This document shows, one piece after another, positions 23,165-34,386 of a stretch of 34,386 bases of DNA. Numbering within the stretch: the stretch's first letter is position 1; each line of letters begins with the position of its first letter. The notes under the pieces were generated by a model that saw nothing but the letters and a program-made list of their open reading frames with translations, ran no database searches and had not been told where the DNA came from. Origin of the DNA: Tubiluchus corallicola (Eukaryota > Animalia > Priapulida); contig JAQGDQ010001568.1 in the NCBI GenBank assembly GCA_030141605.1, forward strand, positions 1 through 34,386, given 5' to 3'. Made by a program: the position numbers and the translations under genes.

Positions 23165-23420
23165 GTCATCATTGCACGAATGTTTGTGTGCTTTTTTTAT
23201 TGTTTCTCTATGATGCAAGAGAGCAAATATTCATGTTAACCAATAATTTAATCTTGTTTCCTTTTGACAGTTTACAGTTTTTTCGATGCAGTTTTGCAGA
23301 TTCGATGTATCACATCAAGACTGAGTCAGCTTCCACATGTTAAATTCAGTGAATTACTACGTATTTTTAGGATTTCCTACTTTCCCTATTCACTCTGAGC
23401 TGAACCTGCCAAGGTACTGA
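23165..23420 (+). repeat. Diverged dispersed repeat, copy 2 (paralogous to ~1490-1894)
   Basis: See copy 1; same orientation, with two exact blocks of 20 and 18 bp. Confidence 0.75.
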
Positions 23421-23824
23421 AACCCTGCTAAGTACCAGTACTTTCCGTACGATTGTGTATCCTTTACTCTTAATTTGTCTGACCCAGAGCTGTGCTGTAC
23501 CAACCGTGTTCCAGTTTGCATTCTACAATTTTCACAATGTAGTGCTCAAATTTTTTTGATTTTGCATTGCGCAGAAAGGCAGTAATCGTTTTAAAAGTAA
23601 ATTTTGCAACAGTTGCCCAAATACGCAATAGTGTATTAGTTGAAATATGTAGTCTAATTCGTTTATTATTGGAAGAAATGCACAACTTTTACCTCCATGA
23701 GTAGCAGATTAAACTGTTTTCTATTAATAAAATACACTGTTTAGTTTAGTTTATGACTAAATATGATGAAATAAAATAAATCAAAATGAATGAATGAATA
23801 CCACCATGACAAGCTGTTGGAACT

Positions 23825-25099
23825 TTAATGCAAGAATGGGTCATAGTTAGAAACAAAACTAACATAAGTTTCCTCAAGGCATTGGTTTTCATTCCACCAT
23901 GCAGATAAATTTGTGTAGAAACTCATTTCTTTTCCGCTCTTTCTTTTGCTGTTTGCTCTTATTTCAGTATCTTCGTCATGTAGTTTTCTGCACAATTCAC
24001 ACCAGTAGCTCTGCACGTGCTTTATGCCAGCGTAGTAATTATCACGCGTTGGGAAATGCAGAACAGCCTTGTATGTTACCTTCCATAAGAAATATCTGTC
24101 ATATTCTTCGTTTGTCATGCTCTTCAAGAATTTTGCCAGTTCTTGTGGTGAGGTGAAATCATCAACGTTGATGTACGAATGAGGAGGAAGAAAACGAGAG
24201 TAATTTCCACCACCCATCACTATGGGAACAACGTCATAAGAAAAAATACCATACAGTTTTTCTGTAATGTAATCATTGCACAAAGAATTTTCAAACGACA
24301 AATAAAATTTGTATTCCTCTTCAAGAACCTTGTACCCAAGCTTAACACCCCGATATTGTGTCCGATGATTGCATTTACCGTAAATGTCAACAGGTATATA
24401 CTTGTTAAGGTGATATACGTAATGTTCCCTAAGACTTGTTGTTGTGCAGTGGCTTACATACCAAGCCACAAGTCTTGACTTGTTATATTTTCTATGTCGA
24501 CCAAATTCATATTTTTCGGTAGATTTGCGTCTGACAATGCTTCCATATTGCACAACTATATCAGAGTCAGATCTGTAGGTCATCGTCCAATGAATAAATC
24601 CGTTCAAAGGTTCAACTTTTCCTTTTGAATAAGACGGCGATTCCTGCAGATACATGATCCATTTAGGACCAGGATACGCTAATGAGTTTATTACTAATTT
24701 TGGATGAATGAACTCCGTGATCGGATGAATAATAACAGCACTACTGCGATCCAATAATGAACGATTGTTCGTTGTCTCACAATTAGAAAAAAGCGAAGGA
24801 CAGTTTTCTAAAAACGGCTTCCTGCCAAGTCCCCATCTGAAACTATTATGTTCACGAAATTTATTCCAATAAAGAATTAGCTTTGTTGTTGACAAGTACT
24901 TTTGTGTAACATTAAGACTTAGCGAGGCGTCAATTGCGCGTTTTCCGTTTGAAACACCAATAACCTTTGCAATTGTTTTTGAACTTTCAGTTCCAAACTT
25001 TCTCTGCATGCCAATGCAAAATTTCAAAATTAAGAAACATGATAGTACTAACGCGGTTTTGATGAAAAGTGATGCCGCACTTCGACGCAGGAATGTCAT
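23825..25099 (-). CDS. Alpha-1,3-fucosyltransferase (GT10), intronless, 424 aa
   Basis: Type II anchor (LFIKTALVLSCFLILKFCIGM). Motifs ILYWN, CETTNNR, QESP, WTMTYRSDSDI, VAWYVSHC, VDIYGKC, YKFYLSFENSLCNDYITEKL (alpha-1,3-FucT signature), VPIVMGG, PPHSYINVDDF, YFLWK and WCELC. Confidence 0.96.
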   Translation of the reverse strand: MTFLRRSAASLFIKTALVLSCFLILKFCIGMQRKFGTESSKTIAKVIGVSNGKRAIDASLSLNVTQKYLSTTKLILYWNKFREHNSFRWGLGRKPFLENCPSLFSNCETTNNRSLLDRSSAVIIHPITEFIHPKLVINSLAYPGPKWIMYLQESPSYSKGKVEPLNGFIHWTMTYRSDSDIVVQYGSIVRRKSTEKYEFGRHRKYNKSRLVAWYVSHCTTTSLREHYVYHLNKYIPVDIYGKCNHRTQYRGVKLGYKVLEEEYKFYLSFENSLCNDYITEKLYGIFSYDVVPIVMGGGNYSRFLPPHSYINVDDFTSPQELAKFLKSMTNEEYDRYFLWKVTYKAVLHFPTRDNYYAGIKHVQSYWCELCRKLHDEDTEIRANSKRKSGKEMSFYTNLSAWWNENQCLEETYVSFVSNYDPFLH

Positions 25100-25688
25100 T
25101 CTGCGCGATTGAAAATTTCCAAAAGCGAAAATTATTATACACTAGCTTTGTCTTAAGTACATACTTAAGACATATATACATACTACATGCATGAGCTGTA
25201 GCACAGTAATTTAAGTTTTACGGTAGAAATGTAAGTCCTAATAAGAGCTACCCTGCTTATTTGAATGAGACAGCGTACTAGCTGGGCCGCTTAAACGTTA
25301 CTTGCTGGCACGCCCAAAACTTTGCTGTTTTTTTTCGCAGTTTTTCACTTAGACATTTTATAATGTGGAAGCGACATATGCATTTACATCCAACAGGAAC
25401 AACGTTAGATGTAGAACTGGCGGCTTGCTTTATTCAACTTTTCCAAACTGGCCCCCGTTAGACTGTGAGTCAGCAGCACGAAAATTGCGAAAAATATTGA
25501 ATGTGAAAAAAAAACAGGCGGTGCAACGCTCAAATCACTGTCAGCCATAGCTCGCACCAAAAGCCGATGCAAGTGTGAAAATATCACATTTGTGCCCGAA
25601 ATAAAATTAATTAATTATTTCAAATTCAGTTTGAAAAAAAAACTGCTTTGATTGTAACAGGAAAAGTCGTAACGTCGTTAAGTTCCCT

Positions 25689-26135
25689 ATGCAGCGGGCA
25701 CCCATACCGATTGTGCCGTATCAGACTGTGTCGACTGACATAGTGGGACCATTACCCACCACGGAACAAGGGAACAAATATATCATATCATTCACAGACC
25801 TGGCCACTAAATGGGTGGATGCTGTGGGCATCCCAGACAAAAAAGCAGAAACAGAGATAGATAGATGCTTTGGTAAATGAGATAATTTGTAGGTATTGCA
25901 CTCTAGCTAAATTATTAAGCGATAATGACAAGTCGTTTGTGAACGAGATGTCTAAACGACTTACAGATCATTACGGAATAAGGCACATAACTATCACCCC
26001 ATTCAATCCGCCTGGCAATGCAATCAAAGAGTGCCAGCATGGAACTTTAATGGGGCTTTTAAGGCAGTTAACAGAGAAAGACCCCTTGAACAGGTATAAA
26101 TGTTATCTTGTATGTATGCGCTTAATATTCACTGG
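25689..26135 (+). mobile_element. Ty3/gypsy retrotransposon integrase (rve) fragment, frameshifted
   Basis: PYQTVSTDIVGPLPTTEQGNKYIISFTDLATKWVDAVGIPDKKAET / VNEIICRY...LLSDNDKSFVN..YGIRHITITPFNPPGNAIKE: D,D(35)E core with frameshifts. Confidence 0.9.
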
Positions 26136-27519
26136 GCAAAGACATACCATTATAATAATATACAATCCACTCCTTATAGTGGAGTCTCTGGTAAATTAAA
26201 CCTGAGTGTAAAGCGCAAGAAAACCCTTTACTTAGATAAAGCTAAAAAGCTATCACCGCAACATACTGCCTTATTGTACACAGAGTTGTGTTGGCAGCAA
26301 CACTGCATAAAACTTGAAATTTTATAAACTCCTGCAATAATGGTTAGGCGCAGCCATTTTGCAGCTGGTTTAGATACCACTGTGTAAAGTTTGACGAAAT
26401 AATAGAAGCATTCATTGCACGCCTTTCACTAACTAAGCTATTCGCTATATTGCTGTATCTTGTCAATAAGATTGAAAATACGTTTTTGGTGTGTCATTTT
26501 TTTCTACCTACATATGTAATATAAATTTGTGTGGAAAGTTATTTGGCAGATCCGTTGGCATTATCTTTCATTCTCCTATCAGAATTAGGCCTGTATCCAA
26601 ACTTCAAGTATCTACTTTAGTACTATAGTTATAACACCACTAGTTTCAAATTATCATCTTCCAACAATGTTGACTGGCGCTTATATCATTCTTCGGTGGA
26701 ACAGAATCGTTTTTTTGGAAATGACTGAGTAAGCTAATGATGACAAATTATTTTGCACTTTTTAGGTTACATTGACTGTGATACAAACGCTTGTTGAGCT
26801 TTATAACTCAAAAATTCGTTTGGATTCAAATAAACGTGACATTTGCTGCTCAATTTAATTTGGTTGTTTTTGAGATTAATACTCTTCAATCTGGACCTGG
26901 TGAACCAATTCTGAACAAATAATTTAGCACAGCAAAGCTCCGTTAGTGGAAGAACTGTGAAATGAACTTTACAAGATAAGATCGTTAATATTCTTAACTA
27001 AGCCACATTTAAGATACCAGTGAACACAGAAATGCATCACTGTATATACATAAAATACATCATTATATTCTTGTGTACAAGACTTATACTCTGTCGAGTT
27101 TACAATTTTGCACACTATGCAGTCTGCATTTTTGGTTTTTTGCTTTAACAGTCACAAAGGTTTGATTAAAAAAGCATTTCTTTCACTGTCTTTTTACACA
27201 TTATTCATTTATGACAAAGCCAGATAGGTCAAGCAGCACAAAAAGGTGAAGCAAGCTGGACCTCTGGAGGAGAGACCTGTAGTCGATATCTTCGTTCATT
27301 GTTTCCGTATTTTTATCTTGTTTGTATTAGCTTGCAAAATTTATCTTCCTTGTCATAGCGTTATTATGATTATAGGTGTTGGTGGGAGATTTTTTCGTAT
27401 ACCGATGTCTGAAAAAGGTTTCTGGTATTGGTTGCAATGGATGTTCAAAAATTTTGTCCCCAATATTAATTTTTCTTTTGTGTTACGTTGTAAAGCGATG
27501 GTTTAGTGTAGAAATAGTC

Positions 27520-27853
27520 ATGAGAAATACTGCAGCACCTATACAGCGAGACCTTGTCAACGTAAACAAGACATTGGCAGAAATACAGAAGAGCCAACAG
27601 TTCATCAGCAATCAATAATAAAAAGTGAAAACGACGCATTGAAATCTGCAACCACGTATTTACAAAAAAGGTGTATAAGCTGGAGAAGAACCTAGATGTT
27701 GCAGAACAATATGAAAGGAGTAATGTTTTTATATTCTCTGGCATCTCAGCAACGCCAAACGAGAATACTAATTCCATAGTTTGTATCATTGCAAAGCATC
27801 TGGATATTGACATTACTTCAACTGTGTCTCATTGGTTGCCAAGGATTGACTAG
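27520..27853 (+). mobile_element. CR1/L2-type LINE ORF1 fragment (coiled coil plus RRM-like start)
   Basis: LAEIQKSQQFISNQ then LDVAEQYERSNVFIFSGISATPNENTNSIVCIIAKHLDIDI..SHWLP, which resembles LEQYSRRNNL.I.GIP...NENT..IV..IA..L.V.I...HRLP. Confidence 0.75.
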
Positions 27854-29684
27854 GTGTGGTCCATTAGAGTATGTGGGTTTTGAAAATTTAGCTGGTTATA
27901 AAGTATAAAAATCAATTACAATCCTATATTGACAATAAACATTTCTCATATTATGTATATTTTATATCTGTTTTCACTGACGACACTCATTGCGTGTGAA
28001 TAGTGTAGTTACTTAGATCAGATACTGTAAAGGACTTTAAATGTCAATACTTCAACAACTTCAAAAATTTAATAGACTTTCACAATTTTCTGTTTTCTAC
28101 GTTCTTTTAATCAAACAATTTAATTGGATATGTAAGTTTTATAATTTAAATTTGTCGATCAAAGAGTAGCATACTTCATCGCTGCAGCAATATCACTATA
28201 TAAACTTGCAGAAAATCAAGACCGTTAAAGGAAAACAGGATAATTTTTCACATCCTACCCCTTTTTGAAGAACCGTAAAAGGTATGCAGTTTAACACTAG
28301 TCACACTGCAAATGCATTTCTGGTAATTAGATAATAGATTAATATCTTAATTAACAGTGAGCGAGGGCAACTATTAATGACATCACAACTGAATATACTT
28401 TTCAACTACGAGCGTTTGCAAAAACGAAAATTGAAGTACAGTGCTACTGTATAAGACTCAGTGTTTTGTACTAAAACTCGGCAATTTTTAAGATAAAAAG
28501 TCTGATTTAAAATTTAGCGCAGAACTCTCGAACGTCTGAACTACGTCACAAACGAACACATCGGAACTGACAATTACAGCACATTTTTTTTGTTGCCAGG
28601 CCTACACCAGTGTTGATATAACAGTGAGGAACTAGCCGCGCAAACACGGAATTGCTTTTGAGTGGAAATAATTCTTTTCCGTAAGTCATTCTCTGAAAAA
28701 TAACTTGTTCATTTTCAATACATTTGACATTCATGCTCGCAAGTCAATGGCAAGTGTTGGCAATATGGCATCCAGTTATTCCATCATAATAAACTTAGCG
28801 GATACAAGCAATTGTCAAGCAAATCATTGCATTACTGACGTCAAAAAATGTCATGTGCCTCACAAACGAGTTCGGAATTACAATTTGATTAGGTTACAAT
28901 AAAATTACACATAACTAATGTGACCGATAATATAAGTTTAAACAACCTAATTTACTCGAGAAAAACTTTTTGAATAAAGTCTATAATGGAACGAAATCTT
29001 GAAATAAGCAGCTGTTTTAAGGAACGTTACGTTTGGAAATAAAATTTATAGCAGTTTTTTTAAATAAAAGCAGAACATAAAGAAAATTACACAATATTAA
29101 AATACTTAAACTGAAAGCGCAAAATTCAGAAACAACTATCAGGTTAACAAAAGACGAAATTGAAAACGAGACAAATTTAATTGATAAAACGTTTGATAAA
29201 AAGTTTTATAGCCTCGTTTACAGTTGACTTTTACTACTGTTTTTCAGTTCGTTTGGCTTTTCTTCAACACAGCGATATAACAACAATGATTGTAGTTCTT
29301 TCCTTATTGCAGACCTGTTTGGATCCTAATGAAAATATTCAAAAAAATGATTTTGATCATCATTCTACACAAGACAAGACATTCGAATTTACCAAAATTC
29401 CATAGACACCAGTTTAGCTAAGTGTGCAAATGTGCATTGTGAAAATGCTTTTTAAGCGTGGTCGCATTTTAAAATATTTCTTGACTATCATGCACACAAG
29501 GACCCTATCATGCCGACGAATAAACCGTATTGCGATGTGCAGCAAGTTTATAACCACAAGATATTTAAATGTTTTTGAGTTAAACGTTTTGAGAAACGTT
29601 AGTTCTGCCCACATTTAAAGCTAATTTGAGACGCGCCACTCTGTTGCGTTTCGAATTTTGTGGGTAGTACTTTTCTAATTGCAA

Positions 29685-29800
29685 CGAGACCATTTGTGGA
29701 ATATCACTGATATACAAAGTAAATAAAAGAGGGCCGACAACTGAACCCTGAGGAAGATAAATTTGGATATTATTAGGCTTTGTTGTGCTTTGATAGATGC
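29685..29800 (-). mobile_element. Short LINE reverse transcriptase fragment
   Basis: LPQGSVVGPLLFTLYISDIP corresponds to the RT motif GVPQGSVLGPLLF.LYINDL. Confidence 0.75.
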
Positions 29801-30759
29801 TGCTCTCTTCCAAAAAGGTGACCATAAAACCAACAGTAATCTGTTTAGAAACGAATATAGTTGTTAATTTATTCATTGCAAATTCATATTTAAATATCAA
29901 CTTTTTCTAAGCAAAAGGCGAATAAGTGTTCAGCTTTTGCAGAGGTCTGTTTCTTACTATGCGCATTTTAATTTATTATTCTAGTTTATTATAGAGATCA
30001 ATTGCACAAAAATAACGCTTTTGCCGTTTTCATGTGCCATGCGATTTTTGCCTGTGACATTTTTACATACTTTACCATTTGAACCACTTTTGCGGTGTCA
30101 TTTTTACCTGTACGCAAATACACTGAATAGATGGCGAGCAAACAAAACAAATCTACATTTGACAAAGTAGAAATAGGTTTAAGCTTATGGGGCGTGCATA
30201 ATAATGATAATTATTTGAAGACAGAAAATCATTGTACTGCTTTTCTCAGAATTTTAAGGGCTGCAGAAGAGCCACTCTGGTCGTCCAACAAGCTGCTGTT
30301 TGTGGTGTGCTTCTGAGTTTTAGTTTTATACTTGCAATGAGACACTATGAGTTGAAACAGGGTAAGTCAGTTTTATCATCATTACCTCTGTTTGTTTCCC
30401 CATTTCTCTTTTCAGCACGTTTTCAGTCTTTATTGATCATTTGCATTTGTGCATTATAATTACAACAAAGCAGCATAGAGCAATAACAATGCTGCACTAT
30501 GCATCAAATCACGAAATTCGTCACTTTGTTGCAATTTTACGTGACTGTTTAACAATATTGCATCATTATGTAACAAAAACAGTACATCGTCTAGCAAGAT
30601 GGCCTTGTTATGGTACTGAAAATGTCAGCGAATGTCAGGGACCTGGTGTTTGGGTCTCATATTAGTTATCTACAAAGTGATGCTGTAGATTCATAAAGCA
30701 GTAATTGTACAGGACGTTTTACGTTTGCCTGTGAAAGCTTTGAAGGCCAAATGCGTATA

Positions 30760-33300
30760 TATTTATTTATTTAGATATTTATTTGTGTCAAAAAAACATA
30801 CAAGACATTCATGCAATTTCAATTTTGAAATAAAATGACATTATATAAAAACAAAACAATTATTAATAAAACAAATATGGTTAAATCTTCCTGTTTATTA
30901 TATTAGTTAGTTAATGAAAAGTTTAAGATAAATTGTAATTCATTAGGCCTTTTTTTCAGTGATATGATTAGAACATAGTTGTTCGTCATGTCTTAAAAAC
31001 GCGATTTCAACATAAATAACAAATGCCTTAATTACTTCTAAACCATTACTTCCCATCATGAATAAAAATATATCAGCATCGCTTAGAAGGAACAATCATG
31101 GTATAATTACATTGATGTGATTATATAATTTTTCTCTAACATCATTGTAGTATATGCATCTTATAACAAACGTCTTCGATTTCATTAGCAGTACGAGCAT
31201 ACACGATTCTCAGCTGGCATTTTTCTAGGTTTAACGTACCTCCCTCTTTCAATGCACGAAGTATGAGAGCCGATTCTCAGCTTTGTAAATTTTGTTATAG
31301 CATATTTGGAATAACCTAAAAGTAAATAGTTTTCCAGTTGATATTGGACTTTGAAGGTTCGCTGTTTCTTTTGCCCAACAGGTTTGTTATCGTCATGGAT
31401 TTCTTCTTTACAAAACAGAGTATAATCAGCTTTCATTTTTTCCCCTAATTATTAAGCAGTCGCTTAAGTGAACACGTTGGCTAAGATGTTCAAGGAAATT
31501 TACACATAGCATATACTTAACAAAAGTAGTCCAACAAAAATAGTTCTTAGTTAAGTTTCGGTTTTCGCTATTTGCTTGGTGTACTGTTAGGTTTGCTAAT
31601 AATAACATATATCCAGTAGCAGATTATGTTCTTAACGGCCCAGTTCTGCCTTAGTCGCATATTTGCTTGATTTGTTGTTGACATTCAAAAGAATTCTGCA
31701 TAATTTAATATTGGCCTCTTGGCTTTGCACGCTGTCAAATTTGGTTTGAATATGTCAGAATTGGTTTTAATTTTAATATTGCCATACACAAGAGCCATAT
31801 AGCATGATAGGTTCTAATAATGTTCAAATAATTCCATAATAGTATTTGGGTTTGTGCAGTTTGATATGTACTTTTTCATGCAGTAAAAAAGATTTTTGGC
31901 CTTTGTCTTTTAGTTTGGTACTGCTTTGCCTGAAAGTACCAGAATTCGACCCCAACGTATTTATCGGATTGGACTATTTTCAGTTTATCAGAGCCCATTA
32001 GCTACAATAATTTTTAAACTTATTAAGGCATTGCTAAGTCAGTATGCAATACTGAGTGGGAACTGCATAGAGAATACAGTTGGTATCAAAATTGCTTAGA
32101 CAGAGCTGCGCTCAAGTTACATCCTCGCTTAACACCTGAGGAGGATGGTATATCTTCTGTTAATCTGCCAGCGAGTTTTACTGAGCAATTAGTTTTGGAG
32201 TACATATTTTGCAAAATATTAAGGAAATAACCACCAACAACAATAACTTTATAATTTCGTTTCAAATTTATTGATAAGTATTTTTAAGATAAACATATGA
32301 TCACTGTTACGACAGCCTTTTTTAAATCCTATGACATCCTCTGACATTTAAATCCTAAAACATTTGACGTTCATGCAGAATGTTATTATCACTCAGAAAT
32401 GTTTCTAACCTATTATCGCAAATAATTTTCTTAAGCTGTTTGAAATGGCGATTCCTCTATAATTGTTTGGGTCTGTTACATTTCCAATTTTGTATATTGG
32501 GATGATGTAGCTCTTCTTCCACTGGGTAGGATAGCAGGAACCAGAAAAGATCAAATTGAATAATTTGCGAGGACAAGGGACCATAATTTGGCTTGAAGCT
32601 TTGAGCATTTGGTTTATTAACCCGTCTGGACCAGCAGCTTTGTTATTTTTAACTGCTTAATGGCTATCAGGATTTCCATATCAGCTATTCTAAAATCTAG
32701 CTGAGAAAAAAAAACATAAGTTTCTTCAATATACTTGGACACTTTTTTAGTTTTTTTTCCAATGGCTATCATTACTAATCAGTAAATGTTCGACACAAAC
32801 TAATGCTTCAAATTCATCGCCCTTGTTCAAGGTTTTTTCTGGGTTGTGATTGTCTTCCAGGTGTTTGATTAGGTTCCAAAAAGCTTTCAGATTTTTTGTT
32901 TCCACTTCAGTTAGTTGTTTCATGACACGGGCTTGAAGTTCCCTGTGTGCTTTCTGCTTGATCTTTTTATAATACCCATGTTCTTTAAAACACAGTTCTC
33001 TCAAGTTTAATTATATGGAGCGCTGCGCAATTTAAAATGTGCAATTTTACATATATGGAGCGCTGTGCAATTTAGAATTTTAGTAGGTTGTGGGCTGCTT
33101 TAAATTGACTATAAACCATTCCTTATCTGGCCAGCATTTTCGCTGGGCGCAGCATTTATTTTTATTTAGATCACTTCTTTTAACTATTCTAGATACATTC
33201 TTTTCTAAAAAATTTTTGTAATTGATAATTAATGTCATTTTCGGTATACATTCAGAACATGCAATATTGTGATGTCTATGTTTATCTCTGCATCAGTGCA
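30760..33300 (-). mobile_element. Decayed RTE-X-like LINE ORF2 with 3' end
   Basis: NLKAFWNLIK; KAAGPDGLINQMLK; KLFNLIFSGSCYPTQWKKSYIIPIYKIGNVTDPNNYRGIAISNSLRKLF; C-terminal TKLRIGSH..IERGRY..ENRVCSYC..EIED..FVIRCIYYNDVR; (TAAA)-rich tail near 30760-30785. The clade call is from recalled motifs. Confidence 0.8.
33012..33078. repeat. Short direct repeat, 40-bp period, 2 copies
   Basis: tatatggagcgctgcgcaatttaaaat (33012) and tatatggagcgctgtgcaatttagaat (33052). Confidence 0.85.
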
Positions 33301-34386
33301 GTCAGCAGCTGTCGTATTAATTTGTTGATTCCATTGTTGCCGTTCAGTACATTTCTTCTCCAACCAACGAGATGCTTTCCTCTGCCACACACTCAGGCCA
33401 TATAAAACGTACCAGACCGACCAGCCCCAGGTTAAGTATTGGATTAAATCAGACGTATGCAGGCCAGAGGTAAAACTTTAAACACATTCCGTCTCCAGAC
33501 AGCCAACTGAGCTGGAAACAGAGCGACCTCTAGAGCAGAAAAGCAGTCTCAGTCCAACAATTAGACCACATCCAGCCACAGCTCCAGTAACGTACGACGG
33601 CCAAACATACAATAGTATGTTGCATAATGCATCAAATTTTTACATAATAATGAATTTTGATTTGTGATTTGTTAGATAATGAAACTTAATATGCCTTATA
33701 GATGTGTGTACGGGAATTTTACTATAAGCAACAACGTATTTCACAGTTAAACAGCTAGAAAAATTGCGAATCGATGGCAACAACACTGCGATTCAATATT
33801 CTCAATATGATTATTAAGTCACAAGTCAAGTCCAGTTGTTGTATTTCTTAATGTTTTTACTACTTCGTGAAAGATTTAACGGCTTGTTTAGGCTGTTAGG
33901 CAATAACATTAGCAAAAATGCGTTTCGTACAGAATCACCATCAATGAATGGGATAAATGGTTTCTTGTGGCTCACTTATGAAGAAAAAAAAACCATGGTA
34001 ATGTGCAGCAGAAACGCAAATCAGAAATCAAAAGTAAATATAATCGCAAAGCATTGGTGAGGAATTTAACGAACAATTATCTCGTGCTATATTTTACACC
34101 ATTGCTCCACAAATTTTCATACGAATATAGGAACCTACATACGAATGCAAAAAGGTGCCTTCTCGCAATTTTTCGTGACATCGTGGAGGTAAGGAGTTTT
34201 ATTTGTCTAATTACGTTTTCCGCATAGTCAGTTTTATATTGATTCGCATTGGTTTCGAGGAGAGAAGTACTACCATGTCAAACCTTCTCTGTTCTAAATT
34301 TCAGGATAGTGGACCATCTGACATTCCCTTCAAATTTCTTACTATCTTACATTAGTCAGATACTTATGAAAGGCAAATTTCCTACT

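Noticed and set aside
23899-24478. Plus-strand ORFs overlapping the fucosyltransferase
   Set aside because: Antisense shadows of a real CDS.
30131-30665. Hydrophobic short ORFs, possibly a decayed multi-pass receptor
   Set aside because: No diagnostic motif; T-rich composition suffices to explain the hydrophobicity.
33836-34227. Two 74-aa ORFs near the window end
   Set aside because: No recognisable motifs or convincing splice structure on either strand.

Overview
AT-rich eukaryotic genomic DNA, most likely from an invertebrate animal: it has GT-AG introns, microsatellites and heavy transposon debris, and no prokaryotic operon, CRISPR, rRNA or tRNA signal. Every host gene or gene relic I can recognise is a Golgi-type glycosyltransferase, each from a different family. 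On the + strand are a chondroitin-synthase (CHSY1)-like exon (4760-5377, apparently truncated) and an intact three-exon B4GAT1-like GT49 gene (8659-15835, about 497 aa). On the - strand are an intact single-exon alpha-1,3-fucosyltransferase (GT10, 23825-25099), a frameshifted GT-A/GT2-like pseudogene of the LEDDLEVSP family (21767-22444) and a weak GT92-like relic (about 20944-21512). Between them lie decayed BEL/Pao and Ty3/gypsy LTR fragments, several LINE fragments (CR1/L2-like, R1/I-like, RTE-X-like) and probable Maverick/Polinton fragments. There is also a roughly 1-kb foldback-like element with a 3x20-bp higher-order minisatellite, a 1.5-kb nested inverted-repeat structure, and a perfect 588-bp tandem duplication. 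All family assignments come from motif recognition by eye and recalled consensus sequences, not from database searches.
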